From: Macrostomum lignano
Lineage: Eukaryota
DNA: 56,266 nucleotides
NCBI GenBank assembly: GCA_002269645.1
Contig: NIVC01004185.1
Span: forward strand, 1 to 56,266
Direction of reading: 5' to 3'
Shown here: in pieces, positions 14,249 to 31,479 of the stretch
Numbering within the stretch: the first letter of the stretch is position 1
Layout of the letters: each line of letters opens with the position of its first letter
Notes under the pieces: model-generated
What the model saw: only the letters and a program-made list of their open reading frames with translations
Told to the model about the DNA's origin: nothing
Database searches by the model: none
Made by a program: the position numbers and the translations under genes

Positions 14249-14308
14249 ACCGTGTATGATGCACTGAACTGACATGCGATTACTTAGGGGAATCTCATGT
14301 GGGGAGGA

Positions 14309-14512
14309 TGTTGTGGGTGCGCGACCATACGTACTTAACTCTGTGTTCAGTTTGCGGCCCGTCGGGCACGTTGATTTGCGAAATGCGTTACGCAATAATC
14401 TAACATCCAATTTTTCTCACGGCGTGCATGTTAATATATAAATACAGACCGTGGTCCGGCGAGACTCACTAAGTTTTTCTAGCAACCAAACCTACGCGTT
14501 CAATACACAACA
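14309..14512 (+). repeat. Gypsy 3' LTR (204 bp)
   Basis: Perfect 7-bp terminal inverted repeat TGTTGTG/CACAACA, immediately preceded by a polypurine tract; contains TATATAAA. Confidence 0.8.
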
Positions 14513-15110
14513 GGGATCACGTCATGAGACTTAATTAGCCCGTCCCTATTGCACGGATTAATTTCCGCCAGTCCCTCAAATAAGAAAGACACGCGACTCA
14601 TTCTGTGCTTCGGGCAACAGCGGTGGCGGCAGCAGGTGTGACTTTTGTCAATTTCTGGCGAACGTTCAAGCACAGTCTGGCTTCTGAGTAAGTTCAGTTC
14701 AGTAAGTTTAGCGTTGAAATAGCGTCTTGCACAACTCAACCAAGAAGATGCCTCCCCTACTGCCGCTCCAGCATTTATTTATATTTGTGCTAGCTGATTA
14801 AGCCCTGGGGTATCGCCACCCCAGGCCCAGCTAGCCAAAATTACGAGTCTTATAAAAGTCTTACAAGGTCGTACAAAACCGGGGTCGCGATTGGAGGAGA
14901 AAAGCACAAACTGATTGGCTGGACCGCCAACCAATCACAGGGCAAGGGAGGGGCGCACTGGGGGCGCAGCCAGCCAAAACCGGCTGGCCCAACAGACAGT
15001 GGGGTTGGGTTCAGCTGGGGGGGGTCTGACGCAGACAGAATGGGTGGTTTGACGCGAGCAGAATGGGGGCGGCGGGTTGGCGCAGGAGGGCGGCTGGGAG
15101 GGGTGGGAGT

Positions 15111-16344
15111 CATGAATGAATAATATAACTGGATCGCCAGAAGCTCGATTTTTTTGGTCCTAGTCATAGACAAGCACCAGCATCACAAGAAGCTCAGAAT
15201 GCCGTACTTTCACACATAGACAAATAGCCGCTGCAGAAGCTGCAAACCTTTATTTATAAAGTATTCTATTTTATGTCCAAGCACATGCTCGCAATATATG
15301 CAGGGCGGCAAAAAATGGCTTCGCGAGATAAATAAGGACGTCAGAATTTGTGCTGCAATCGGATGCCTATCCAAAAGTGGACAAGGCACGAAACCTGTCA
15401 CCCTTTTTTCTTATCCAATCGGTGATCCGTATCGACTAGCGCAGTGGAACAGCAATGTGCAAGCAAAGCCACATTTCAAATTCGGAGCTCGTAAGTTCAT
15501 TTGTGAGCTGCACTTCGAACAGCGAGACATGCAGGCTCATGGGAGGAGCAAGCGACTGATGACTGGCGCAGTTTCGAAGCTTGAGTGGACTCTTATGCAA
15601 ACGAAGCTGCTGGAGACTGTGAGTTTGAGATGCCGATGCCTGTCAGTTGCAGCGCGGCAACCACACGTACATCAGTTGACCCACCGACAAACACCCGACA
15701 GCGCCTGTTGATGCGGCTGAAGCACAAGAAGCGCACGATTAAGAATTTTGGTCCACGCGTTGCAAAATGGAAAAGTACCGAAGCGACCTTAAAACATCAA
15801 TATTTTCTAGTGCAGGCGATTTCTAAGAAATATCTTTGCATTAGGTTGCGGCATGTACTTCGGAGGCTTAATGCTGTGAACACAACAACTGTGCGGCAGA
15901 TGCTAACAAAAAAATTATTTTCATGAGTCAGTGACTTCAAATTAGCATGGTGCGGGTGACGCCTTGAATTTATTGTCTTTACTTGACTCTCATTTGTCTT
16001 GCGCGGTTTGCTTGCAACTCATTTGGCTGCTTGTTTGCGCCTTTTATTGTTTGTTTGTTTGCTGTCTGTCTACGTGCTTGTTTGCTTACTTGCCTACTTT
16101 CGTGTCTGTTTTGTATTAATTCCTTTACATATTCGTTTTCTTCTTTGCTTGCCTTCACATTTGCAATATTTTCACTTATCGTACTAAATATGCTTATAAA
16201 TAAAGGTTTGCAGCTTCTGCAGCGGCTATTTGTCTATGTGTAAAAGTACGGCATTCTGAGCTTCTTGTGATGCTGCGGTGCTTGTCTATGGCTAGGATAA
16301 AAAAAATCGAGCTTCTGGCGATCCAGTTATATTATTCATCCATG
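15111..16344 (+). mobile_element. Non-autonomous P-element/Galileo-like transposon with ~150-bp TIRs and a THAP domain
   Basis: Inverted repeats at 15111-15259 and 16194-16344 begin CATG(A/G)ATGAATAATATAAC, resembling the Drosophila P TIR start CATGATGAAATAAC. Flanks gtgggagt/gtggaagt form an 8-bp TSD with one mismatch. There is an internal THAP ORF but no transposase catalytic core. Confidence 0.75.
15298..15926 (+). pseudogene. THAP zinc-finger ORF, frameshifted near 15580
   Basis: C2CH pattern CAAIGC...LFSYP...W...ICELHF...AV, continuing in another frame (15585-15926) into a basic segment. Confidence 0.75.
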
Positions 16345-16605
16345 GTGGAAGTGCAATGCCGGGCACACTTGACCGAGAGCCAGAGATTGACGACAAATCA
16401 ATTCAACAGTTCGACCATAGACAAATGGTCAATGGGTGGTTGAAGGGTGCAAATGTACCCGGGCACAACAATAGATAAAAACAGTAACTGAAAAAATTAT
16501 CATAAGCCATATTTCATGCTTCTTAGTCGCATTTAGAATTTAAATAAATATTAAAAATTTGAAGAGATCGAAAAGAGGGAAGCTCCCGGCTGCCTGCTTC
16601 TTTCG

Positions 16606-22423
<5,818 letters not shown>

Positions 22424-22750
22424 GGCAATGAGGATATGAAACTTGCATGGTCTAACCACATTGTAAAAATGAGCAAATACAGTTTAGAAGGATGGATATG
22501 ATATTAGACTCGTGGTTAAATGACGGTTTGTGAATTCTACGCTTGGAGTTCCGTCCGTAGAAAGGATTTTTTTAAGAATTTGTTTAGAAAAAATTATCAT
22601 GGCCATTCGGAAATAAAAGGTTATTGACACATTTTGTATTTTTAGGAGATTATCAGATGTTTTAAATCACAACTGGTGTAATACTCGCGTATGAAACCAA
22701 TAAAATTCAAGTTCTTCCTCTGTAGGAAACCAATCAAAATCAATGAGGAG

Positions 22751-24765
22751 TCATTTTCTGTCGCCAAACAGTCCGCCAAACTTTCTCTTTGAAATTTGCA
22801 ACCTCTTATTAGTCAGGAACTCGTGCTTCATCAGCTCCTGGGCTGGCAATCTCTTCTTGCATTTGTTGGCGGTGCATCGGCGGTAGAAATCCTTCAGCTC
22901 TGCTGAGCAGCCATCAGGCAGTGCGGGTGCTCCACTGCTTCTCAGTCGCTCCGGCAGCGTCCAGCTGTTCTTGTACTCAGCAAAAGGCCGCCCACCAGTG
23001 GCCATCTGGAAGACTGAGCAGCCGAACGCCCAGATGTCCGACTCTCGACTGTACTTTGGAGTGTCGGAATCGTTTGGCGCAACCAACTCCGGTGCCATGA
23101 AGCTTAAAGTGCCTTTGGGCGAAGCAGAGGACGCTGAGATGTGACTGACTGACTGCTCCAGGGTGACTGACAAGCCAAAGTCGATTAGTTTAATGAGCAT
23201 TGTGTTCGTCAGTACAATGATGTTGGCACAGTTGAGATCTCTGTGGATTACAGATGGATCTCGGCTGTGCATGTAGCTCAGGGCGTTGCAGATCTGCAAT
23301 CATAGAAATTACAGATTATTTAAGTTTATTGCAGTAATCAGATTGTGTCAGAAGTACTTTTTAGAAGTACCTGCTTGCTGAAATCTCGTATTTTGTTTTC
23401 ATCCAGCGCTTTCTTATCGATAAAAGCTTCCAAGGTTTTTCCGTCCAGCAGCTCCATGAACACAACGACTGTGGCGGGCTCCGTCTTAGCAATGTACAAG
23501 AACTTGACAATGTTGTCATGCTGCAGTTGACACAGGTTCTTCTCTCTTGAAACCACTTTTTCGATCTCATTGCTCACCAAGCCTTGTTCTGCACCGAGCT
23601 GCAGTGGCAGTCTGAGTGTCTTAGCAGCGCACGTGACGCCTCTGTCAGTGAGCACTTCGTGAACTTCGCCGAAGCCTCCCCTTCCGATGAGGCGAGCTGG
23701 ATACCAGCGCTCCCGAAATGGGCATCTATGATGGGGTTTAGACAACAAATTACGAATGAATAAGTATAAAACATGAACAAAAGGCAGCGCTTACTCGGTA
23801 ATGACAACTGCAGACAGTTGGGCGGCGAGCGACTGAGCTCCCTGCGGCTGCTGACGCAGTTGGGTGGCGAGTGACTGAGCTCCCTGCGGCTGCTGACGCA
23901 GTTGGGTGGCGAGTGACTGAGCTCCCTGCGGCTGCTGACGCAGTTGGGTGGCGAGTGACTGAGCTCCCTGCGGCTGCTGACGCAGTTGGGTGGCGAGTGA
24001 CTGAGCTCCCTGCGGCTGCTGACGCAGTTGGGTGGCGAGTGACTGAGCTCCCTGCGGCTGCTGACGCAGTTGGGTGGCGAGTGACTGAGCTCCCTGCGGC
24101 TGCTGACGCAGTTGGGTGGCGAGTGACTGAGCTCCCTGCGGCTGCTGACGCCCGGCAATCCAGGCCTGCTTGCTCTCTCTTCTGCTTGTGTTGGTGTCTT
24201 TCTCAATCCAGTCAATAACTGTTTCGTCCTCGCAGTTCTTTAGCTCAAAAATCTCCCATCCAAATTTGGCCAACAAGAACTTTAACGTATTTAGTGACTG
24301 ATACCTGGCAGAATAATGAATGGCCGAGTTGCCGCGTCTGTCAGTGGCGAGAAAGAACTCCTTGCCAAGCTCCGTTGCTATCCACCTTAGCGACGAGCTG
24401 CTTGATTCGTTTGCAGCCGCATAGTGAACAACTGTCCCGCCCGAGTTCGCTTGCACCAAGAAGCACTCGCTGCCCAAAAAGTTTCGGCAAAGCTCCATCC
24501 ACGATTCCTTATTATACCTCGCCGCCAAGTGCACAGGAGTTTCTCCTGTAACGTTTCTGCAAGCCAGACATGTGACTCCAAGTTTGTCTACCAGTTTTCT
24601 GAGGCAGAGCAGATCAACAGGATGACTGGCCACGTGATGCGCTAATGAAGCATTCAGCGAGTATACCTGGAATTCGACGTTGCTATCGAGTGAATCGTAT
24701 AAACTTAGCAATTCGTCGCTATCTTTCGCCACCAACGCCGATCGGAGCTTTGACTCAATCTGCAT
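22751..24765 (-). CDS. Ankyrin-repeat / 14-aa tandem-repeat linker / STE-like kinase (paralogue C), ~622 aa
   Basis: Exons 24765-23795, 23725-23371 and 23293-22751, in phases 2 and 0; total 1869 nt. ANK motifs GETPVHLAA and GNSAIHYSA. Kinase motifs IGRGGFGEV, CAAK, HRDLNCAN, DFG and GTLSFMAPE. Intron positions match A and B. Confidence 0.88.
23814..24150 (-). repeat. Coding 42-bp minisatellite x8 (QQPQGAQSLATQLR)
   Basis: Eight near-identical in-frame 42-nt units in exon 1 of gene C. Confidence 0.95.
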
Positions 24766-25991
24766 ATTTGATTGTCCAATTTATTAAATCTTTCGCTGCA
24801 GTGAATGCTTTTGTTTTTTTATTTTTTTTGTCAAAGATAAATTTATGCTCTTTCTATACCTGTCGCTTCGTTGACAAGCTGACAAAAAGTACCGTGTGGA
24901 GCGTACAAAACTTAGAGCGCACGTTTGTGTCTGGCCATCTAGACCCTACAGTGTGAGATGGATAGAGTACGAGTAATAGCAGTATATTTAGTATATAAGA
25001 TTTAGTATATTTAGAAGATAGTTAATGACGAAAATGATAAAAATGTCCGACCGACGACCCTTTATAACACGGACCTAGCAAAGCGATGAAATGATGTCAT
25101 GATGCTATCAAGCAGTGCAGAGTAGTTTGTTTTATATGTAAAGTAAGCATTCTTTTTTCTTACACAACATAGGGTTAAACATGGGGGTAGAAATATTCGT
25201 GGAGTAGACAGAAGAATTAGCAGAGAAAAATGAAAAGCTCCATATAGGTTAAGACTGGCTCATATCAATTTCGTACAGTTGTATATTGTCTACAAAAGAA
25301 ACTATTTTTAGCAAGTAAGCAACAACAGAGAAATGTAATCGATATGCATTAAGTGTATGCATAAAATCAACTCTGACTATCAGCCACAACGAGTGCATAT
25401 TATTTCTGCTAATAAAATCTACTTCTTTAAATGTAACTCTTCCGTCAAAAAACACAAAAATTTAATGAAGGAATCTCACTATTAGTAGTATGCCAAGTAA
25501 ACATCACCGTTGTAGTCGCTTTTGCGTATCTTTCTTTCAAGGAAAAGTCGTTCGGAGCTTTTTGCGGAAACTTCTTCGATTTTTATTAGGATTTTGTGCC
25601 AGAGAAGTAGACTGAAAGGTTGTGAGAGGAATATGTGGATATAAAAAGATAAATGACCAAAAAATAAAAAATACCCATCTCGAAATTCTTGCTTTTTTGG
25701 TTTTGTCCCCTATCCTGAAGTACATGGCGACGCCCCTGATGTACGTATACTATACACGTCGTTTGTATTCCACAATACGATCGTATTGAATTTTAAGCCT
25801 CCGCAATACCAGGTAGACAATAGGATGGGGAAATAAATTTACAATTCAGCAACAAACAGTTGCTTCTGTCACGTCGCATCTCCAGACGCTTCATTTAATA
25901 GTCCAACTAAGCGCGTGAGGGGTTGAATGCCTCTTCAATCTTATTTTTTTTCTCTCTCTTCCCCTGTTCCGAATCCGGGTCAGTCTGAGTC

Positions 25992-27527
25992 TCAACTTTT
26001 TCTACCAAACATAGGGACGTCGTTGCGCGGACATCCGAGAGGCAAGAAAAATCGCGTGGTTTTCGTACTTGAACGAACGTTACTGGCACGCAATCGAGTG
26101 CTACTAGGATCTAATGTAATACAAAATACTCGTACGCTCGAGGTACGTCCCAATATGTGACTTACCGCTGGAAATGTGCACGTAGGCATTTCGCTGTCCG
26201 AATGGTAGCCAGCTTCTTCATTTCTGTCAGCTGGAGCCTCGACGCCAGAGCTCTTTCTGTTGATGGCAGGATTGACTGCTACGGCCGCCGCTGTAGCCAT
26301 CCTGACTGGATGACGGGTAGCATATACGGCTCTCCCATCCCTTCGGTTGTTGCCAAGCAGGCGGAGACTCAAATGCTGGGCAGAGACACGAGTTCGACGT
26401 TGCAAATCGAACAGGGTTCGCGTCGAATTGCGTCTGACCGCCCTGAGCCGACAGGCGTAGAGCAGTGGGTTCAAAAGTGTGTACGCGACCATGAGCAGCT
26501 CCAGGTAGTGGTCCAGCCTCTCGTGCTTCATCAAACTGTCCAATAGACTCTCGAGTTGGCGCCTGTTTTGAGCATGCAAGAAGTTGGTGGCAAACTGGGC
26601 GATAAAGAATGGCAGGAAGAGAGCGTAGAACTGTAGAAGGATGGCGATTGCAGTGAGCACTCCTCGTTTATTGTGCCGCTGCAGGCTCAGCGCTCGGTTG
26701 CTCCTGTTAAGCCGCATCACCCGGTAGATGGTGGCGATGATGCGGCTGTAGCAGAAGGTCACCGTGGCGCAGGAGGCAACAAACACCCCCAGGACAATCT
26801 GCAGGCTGTTGAAATTCACGGCGCTTCTACCGACACAGCAGAAGGCGGTGCTGAAACCGGCTTCAATTTCTTTACGGCAAATTCTGCGCAAGCTGAACAA
26901 CTCTTCGTCATCTTGAACAGTTGAATTTGTATTGTCAGCGCTTGTCAGGCGCAATGTCAGGTAGCTGTGGTATAGGACAGGCAGAAGACCCAACACGGCG
27001 GAGACAGCCCAGCTGCCAACTAACAATCCACGCATGTACCGAACAATAAAAGCGGTTCGATAGGACAGAGCTCGATTAACGAATAGGTATAGATCGACAG
27101 CAATCAGGGTCAGAGTGAACAGAGTGACACTATGCGAAGATCGAAGGCTTTCTTGAGTCAGGTAGCTCAGGCAGAAACCTTGAGGTTGCTGCGACACTTC
27201 AGAGGTTGCATTGAGGGACAGTTCCTGTGGGCTGGAAATGTTACTAGACAGTCGAATTTTTATCGGGATGTACTTTAAATCAACTCCTAGGCGGCTGCTT
27301 TCCATGTGCTGCTTGAAGCTTAGGTCCGATATGACCAGCACAGCGGTGACAGCGTCCGTTAGAAGCAGGTGTCTTATCAAAAGAAGATTGTAGATGGAGG
27401 CGCTGCTGACACAGCGAATGCCGCGCAACACGTAGAAGATCCAGGCGTTCAACAGGACGCTCAGGCTGCACACTGCGAAAGAAGCATGGCCTAAGATCTC
27501 GGGTTCCGAAGCAGTTGAAGCAGACAT
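25992..27527 (-). CDS. Intronless class A (rhodopsin-like) GPCR, orphan, 511 aa
   Basis: Seven hydrophobic segments. TM1 Asn (LLNAW), TM2 LLLTD, TM3 AVDLY in place of DRY, TM6 LFLPFF, TM7 NPLLY, and a long C-terminal tail. Confidence 0.88.
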   Translation of the reverse strand: MSASTASEPEILGHASFAVCSLSVLLNAWIFYVLRGIRCVSSASIYNLLLIRHLLLTDAVTAVLVISDLSFKQHMESSRLGVDLKYIPIKIRLSSNISSPQELSLNATSEVSQQPQGFCLSYLTQESLRSSHSVTLFTLTLIAVDLYLFVNRALSYRTAFIVRYMRGLLVGSWAVSAVLGLLPVLYHSYLTLRLTSADNTNSTVQDDEELFSLRRICRKEIEAGFSTAFCCVGRSAVNFNSLQIVLGVFVASCATVTFCYSRIIATIYRVMRLNRSNRALSLQRHNKRGVLTAIAILLQFYALFLPFFIAQFATNFLHAQNRRQLESLLDSLMKHERLDHYLELLMVAYTLLNPLLYACRLRAVRRNSTRTLFDLQRRTRVSAQHLSLRLLGNNRRDGRAVYATRHPVRMATAAAVAVNPAINRKSSGVEAPADRNEEAGYHSDSEMPTCTFPAVSHILGRTSSVRVFCITLDPSSTRLRASNVRSSTKTTRFFLPLGCPRNDVPMFGRKS

Positions 27528-30129
27528 GGATCTGGGGATACTAATTAATGGGGAAGATTGGTCAGATAATTAGATTGGCTTGTATGCGCACTGAAAAAGC
27601 ATAAATATGACCCATTACCCACTAGTATACTTACCCCTATTGCTGTAGCAGTAACTGCAGTAACTCACAAGGCTTGAAGGAGAAATGGGAAGAATCGTCA
27701 CGAATCAAGCTAGCGACTATGGAAGGTTTGAGGCTTCTTTGCATCCCTCTCTGGTCTCTCTTTCTTATTCGAAATGAGCTGGCTAGCTAAACCAAGTAAT
27801 CCCATCTGTCAGCCAATGAGGAAGCTCTAGAAGCTGATGTAGGAGAGAACCAGATCCCTGTTTCCAATTAAATGTAAGCCCCCGTGGATTCTCGGGAGAG
27901 ATTTTACTTCAAGATTAGGGCTTTTCCTTAGAGTCAGGAAGCCGCTGATGAGAAAGGTACAAGGCGCCACTTTAATGAACTTGACAATAAAGAAACATTT
28001 TTTCTGCAACACAAAAAATCGAAGCTCCTGATTCACTTGTCATGTGGCAAACTGATAAATCTAAAAAGCCTACCAAAATGCAAGCTTCAAAGTTCTTCTG
28101 ATTATTGCCCGGGTACACTTGCACCGATGAACAGTGACTGCGAATAGCTCTCCGTCAGGTGAGCCCAGCAGTAAATTCTCGCCTCACTCCCCGCTTCTGC
28201 GCAAAACCCACCAAATTGCACCCACCTCCCCACCATTTCTTCCCTGACCTTCTCCGTGTACCTAATCCCGATTGGCTTCCTCATGCGTGCCCACCCCGTG
28301 TCAGTAACCATCATCAACTTTGAGAATATTGTATCTTCTTTCTTGATTAGCCCTTTCGATCGTTGTACGAGTACATGGGGGCTTAATCAGTGGTTCCAAA
28401 GAAAAATCAAACAAGCGTGCAATGGGCCTACAAAGTGTGACGATGTCGTTATACTATAATATCTTTTAGTTTCTATCGGATTTTTTAGTGTACCTAAATT
28501 GATTTTTTAATAATTATGGGGGTAGGGGGAAAGCGCTTTAATGTTTTGTTATAGGAAAATTATGTCTATTATTTCATCTACTGTTTTATTATTTTCGTTA
28601 CCACTTTTTGAAGTTATAGTATTGAAGGTTTTAGTTAGTGGATCAGTTTTGGCGCAGTTTTGAGTGCGGGTGTTTCGTGTTTTTGGTGTAGGCTCTTCCT
28701 CGCTCTCCTCGCGCTCGGCGTGTCTCGTTACCTTAGTCCAGTGATACCAGACAAGGCTATTTGAAATTAATTTTGCTCTATAGGCTAGAGCCAACCAAAC
28801 CAAATTAACATTATATTATATTTAGTATATTGGACTGTTACTGACAGACTACCGACCCTTTGATCCCTTTATTCCCTGGCCTTACATATCTTATTTTTGT
28901 TAATCTTAAATTACTTGTTTGCTTTTTAATCTCCGAAGTCTGACCCTTATAACAAAATTACATATCCAAAAGAAAGTTAGACGTCTCCATTACATAATGC
29001 TTCCATACGAGCGTATTTATTATTATTATTTATTCACAGTTTCTGTAGAAACAGTTTTTGTAGAAACAAGCTTTTTTAGAGGATCATAAATGAATTGTAT
29101 TTGTTTTGGAGACGTTCCTACGACCTAAAAGATACGTATTGGAGACATCTAACTTTTTATTGGATAAGTTATACAGGTGACCGCGTCGCAGACTTTTCTC
29201 CAGAGTCCATGCAACTGCTCTATATACTTCTTCAGAAAATTCCAAACTCCGAGTCTATACCGAGTTGCTGTATTCGAGAGACAAGCTGGCAAGAGTCGTT
29301 CGTGAAGCGATCCCAATTGCACCTTCTTAAACCCACGTGTGGGTCTAGGACAGCAGAAGCCACTTTGTGTACTCGAATACGTGGAGTAGACCTGGGCCGT
29401 CAATTCTTTTAATTTTAATTTAATTTAATTAATCCAATTCGCAGATACGCGCATAGAAAAAAACTAGGAAGGGAAATCATATCTCCGGTTTATCAACACT
29501 ATTGAATTGCAATGAGAACTGTCGAACATTCGTGCTCTGCTTCCGCGGCACGCCGGTTCTTGCTTTTTCTTAGTAGCTATTTCTTTTTTACCAATTTTGG
29601 CTTCTTGTGTGGCTGCATGAGAGACGCGGATAGTTCACTAGCACTTAAAAGAAATCCCAAATATACTTGGCAGTTCTTAAACCCTGAAACCTTGAATAAT
29701 AAATCAGAAACTTTGATGCAACAACGAAACAAGCTCTATTTCTAATTGATATCCGTCTGATGCTTGTGTACGTGTGCAGTCAATGGAAGCCCTTGATTTT
29801 GGAAAATGAAAATCAATTAACCGACTACCTGCAATTTTTGCGTCCCTAAAATTTTCTTCGTTGATTTGTTAAGTCTTCTATAAGAAATTTTTAGCTAAAA
29901 TCACTTACCGATTGAATGGTTTAGCAAGGTCCTCGGATTGGGGCCGACTTGCTGGCAACACTATGGGTTAGGATCCTGAAAAGAAGATCAAAGTTGATAA
30001 TCTGAAAAAAGTATTGTAAAAAGTCGAAACACGTTTTTATAGTATCCTTCATTGTAGAGTTTGTGAAAATTTGTGGTTTGCGAGACAGACTGCGAAGGCT
30101 GGTTAGAAGTTGTCGCCGTCGCAGGCCTC

Positions 30130-30372
30130 TGGTCGGATCACCGCGGCCCTTATTGAAGAAATTTTATGGTAGCGTTGGGTCCTGAGGGGTTGGGCTTTAT
30201 ACGGACCACTCTGGCTGTTTACGATGCTTTTGCTGGTCTGTTGGTGGACCGCTGTTGGTTGACCACGAAGGCTACGAACACCCTTTATGAGCACGCGCTC
30301 CGTCGGGCCCTAATCGAGAGACTACTACACCAACCAGAAAACTTTTCAACAGGGGATGCTTTGTGGCTGTAA
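30130..30372 (+). pseudogene. Possible highly decayed piggyBac-like transposase fragment
   Basis: Across frames it reads PY*RNFM..., LWLFTMLLLV and LRRALIERLL, reminiscent of the piggyBac C-terminal YNxxMGGVD / WxxLFxxLLD / FRRxLxxxLL segments. Short and degenerate. Confidence 0.25.
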
Positions 30373-31479
30373 TTGACAAAGGCACCAGCGTCTAAGACTA
30401 CTAAGAGTAGCGTGATAAAATGTGAACTCTATGCTTTCCAGATGCTCAGTGCGAGAATGGCCCTATATAGGGTTGGAAATTCTACCGGCTTTTCATTATT
30501 TAACAGATTTCTAACCCACTCACCTGTTTACAGCAGCTCATAGCTTACGAAAAAGTCTCACCTGGCCAATGAAGTTTGACAATCAGCAAGCCATTAAGAT
30601 TAAAGTTATGAAAATAAAAACACTTGCTTGTTAGTAATTGAGAGTCCTGGGGTAAAAAAGTTCGCTAAATGGAATCGATAAATAACGAACACAATGAGCG
30701 CAGGCTCCAGTCTATAGCAATACGCATTGCGGCCAAGGTAAGCTAACCACAGACAAGAGTCACAAACAAGAGAAGGAGAGAGAGGGAGAGATAGAGAGCA
30801 CGGTGTAGGCCTAGAGACGGCTGAAGGCGATCGAATCTAGGGATGATGCTGCTGGCTTGATGAAGCCGAGGCTGGCATCCCTCCCCAATAGGATCGGTGT
30901 CGTAGAATATTCACTAGGCTGGGGGGCTGGGGCGTCACTGGATTTTGCTTTTTCAATTTTTTTGTAATCTTTATTCTTAAATTCATTATTTTTGGATAAT
31001 TTCAAGTTATTAAGTCTAGAGTCGGCAAAATATGTTGATGATGCTGAAGATGATGCAATACGAAAAAACTCAAAATGTCTTGTAGAATTTACTGTTTTCA
31101 TTTTACTATTGTAAAAACAAAAACGCAAATATTGCTACTTTCTTCGAGTGACATACCTATAGTTATTCTAGTTTCTGTGACTAATTCAGATGCAGTGTGC
31201 AGAAACTAATTTCATAACTTTACATAGCGATGGTGTATCGAGATTATGCGTATGAGTAGTGCATGATAGATCAAATTGGTACATACATGTACCTACAACA
31301 ATAAGTCACTGAAAGTATACTTTATGTGCATCATAAATCGATTCAAAACGAAACAATAGTGTTAGTTTAAAAAAACAAAATAATTATTCAACCATATAGA
31401 TAGCCAAAGCATAGCATAAATTATGCATAAATGTACAGAGTCCTTCCAAAGTAAGTCTGCAGAGAATTGCAATAAAACT

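Larger units (their letters stand above)
13217..14512 (+). mobile_element. Truncated Ty3/Gypsy LTR retrotransposon (integrase plus 3' LTR)
   Basis: Integrase core WEELQLDICG...LIDQFSRWPE...ITTDNGPQF...EQNGNVERFNRTL, ORF ending at 14248. A purine tract GGGGAGGA is followed by an LTR at 14309-14512 bounded by TGTTGTG...CACAACA. No gag, protease or RT is present. Confidence 0.85.

Noticed and set aside
9221-16595. 16-nt exact match GAAGCTCCCGGCTGCC between gene A exon 1 (9221) and just past the stop of gene B (16580)
   Set aside because: A single 16-mer match is roughly expected by chance in a self-comparison of this size, and the flanks do not extend it.
27945-28010. CTGATGAG hammerhead-like core
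   Set aside because: There is no stem II closed by C-GAAA and no stem I or III pairing.
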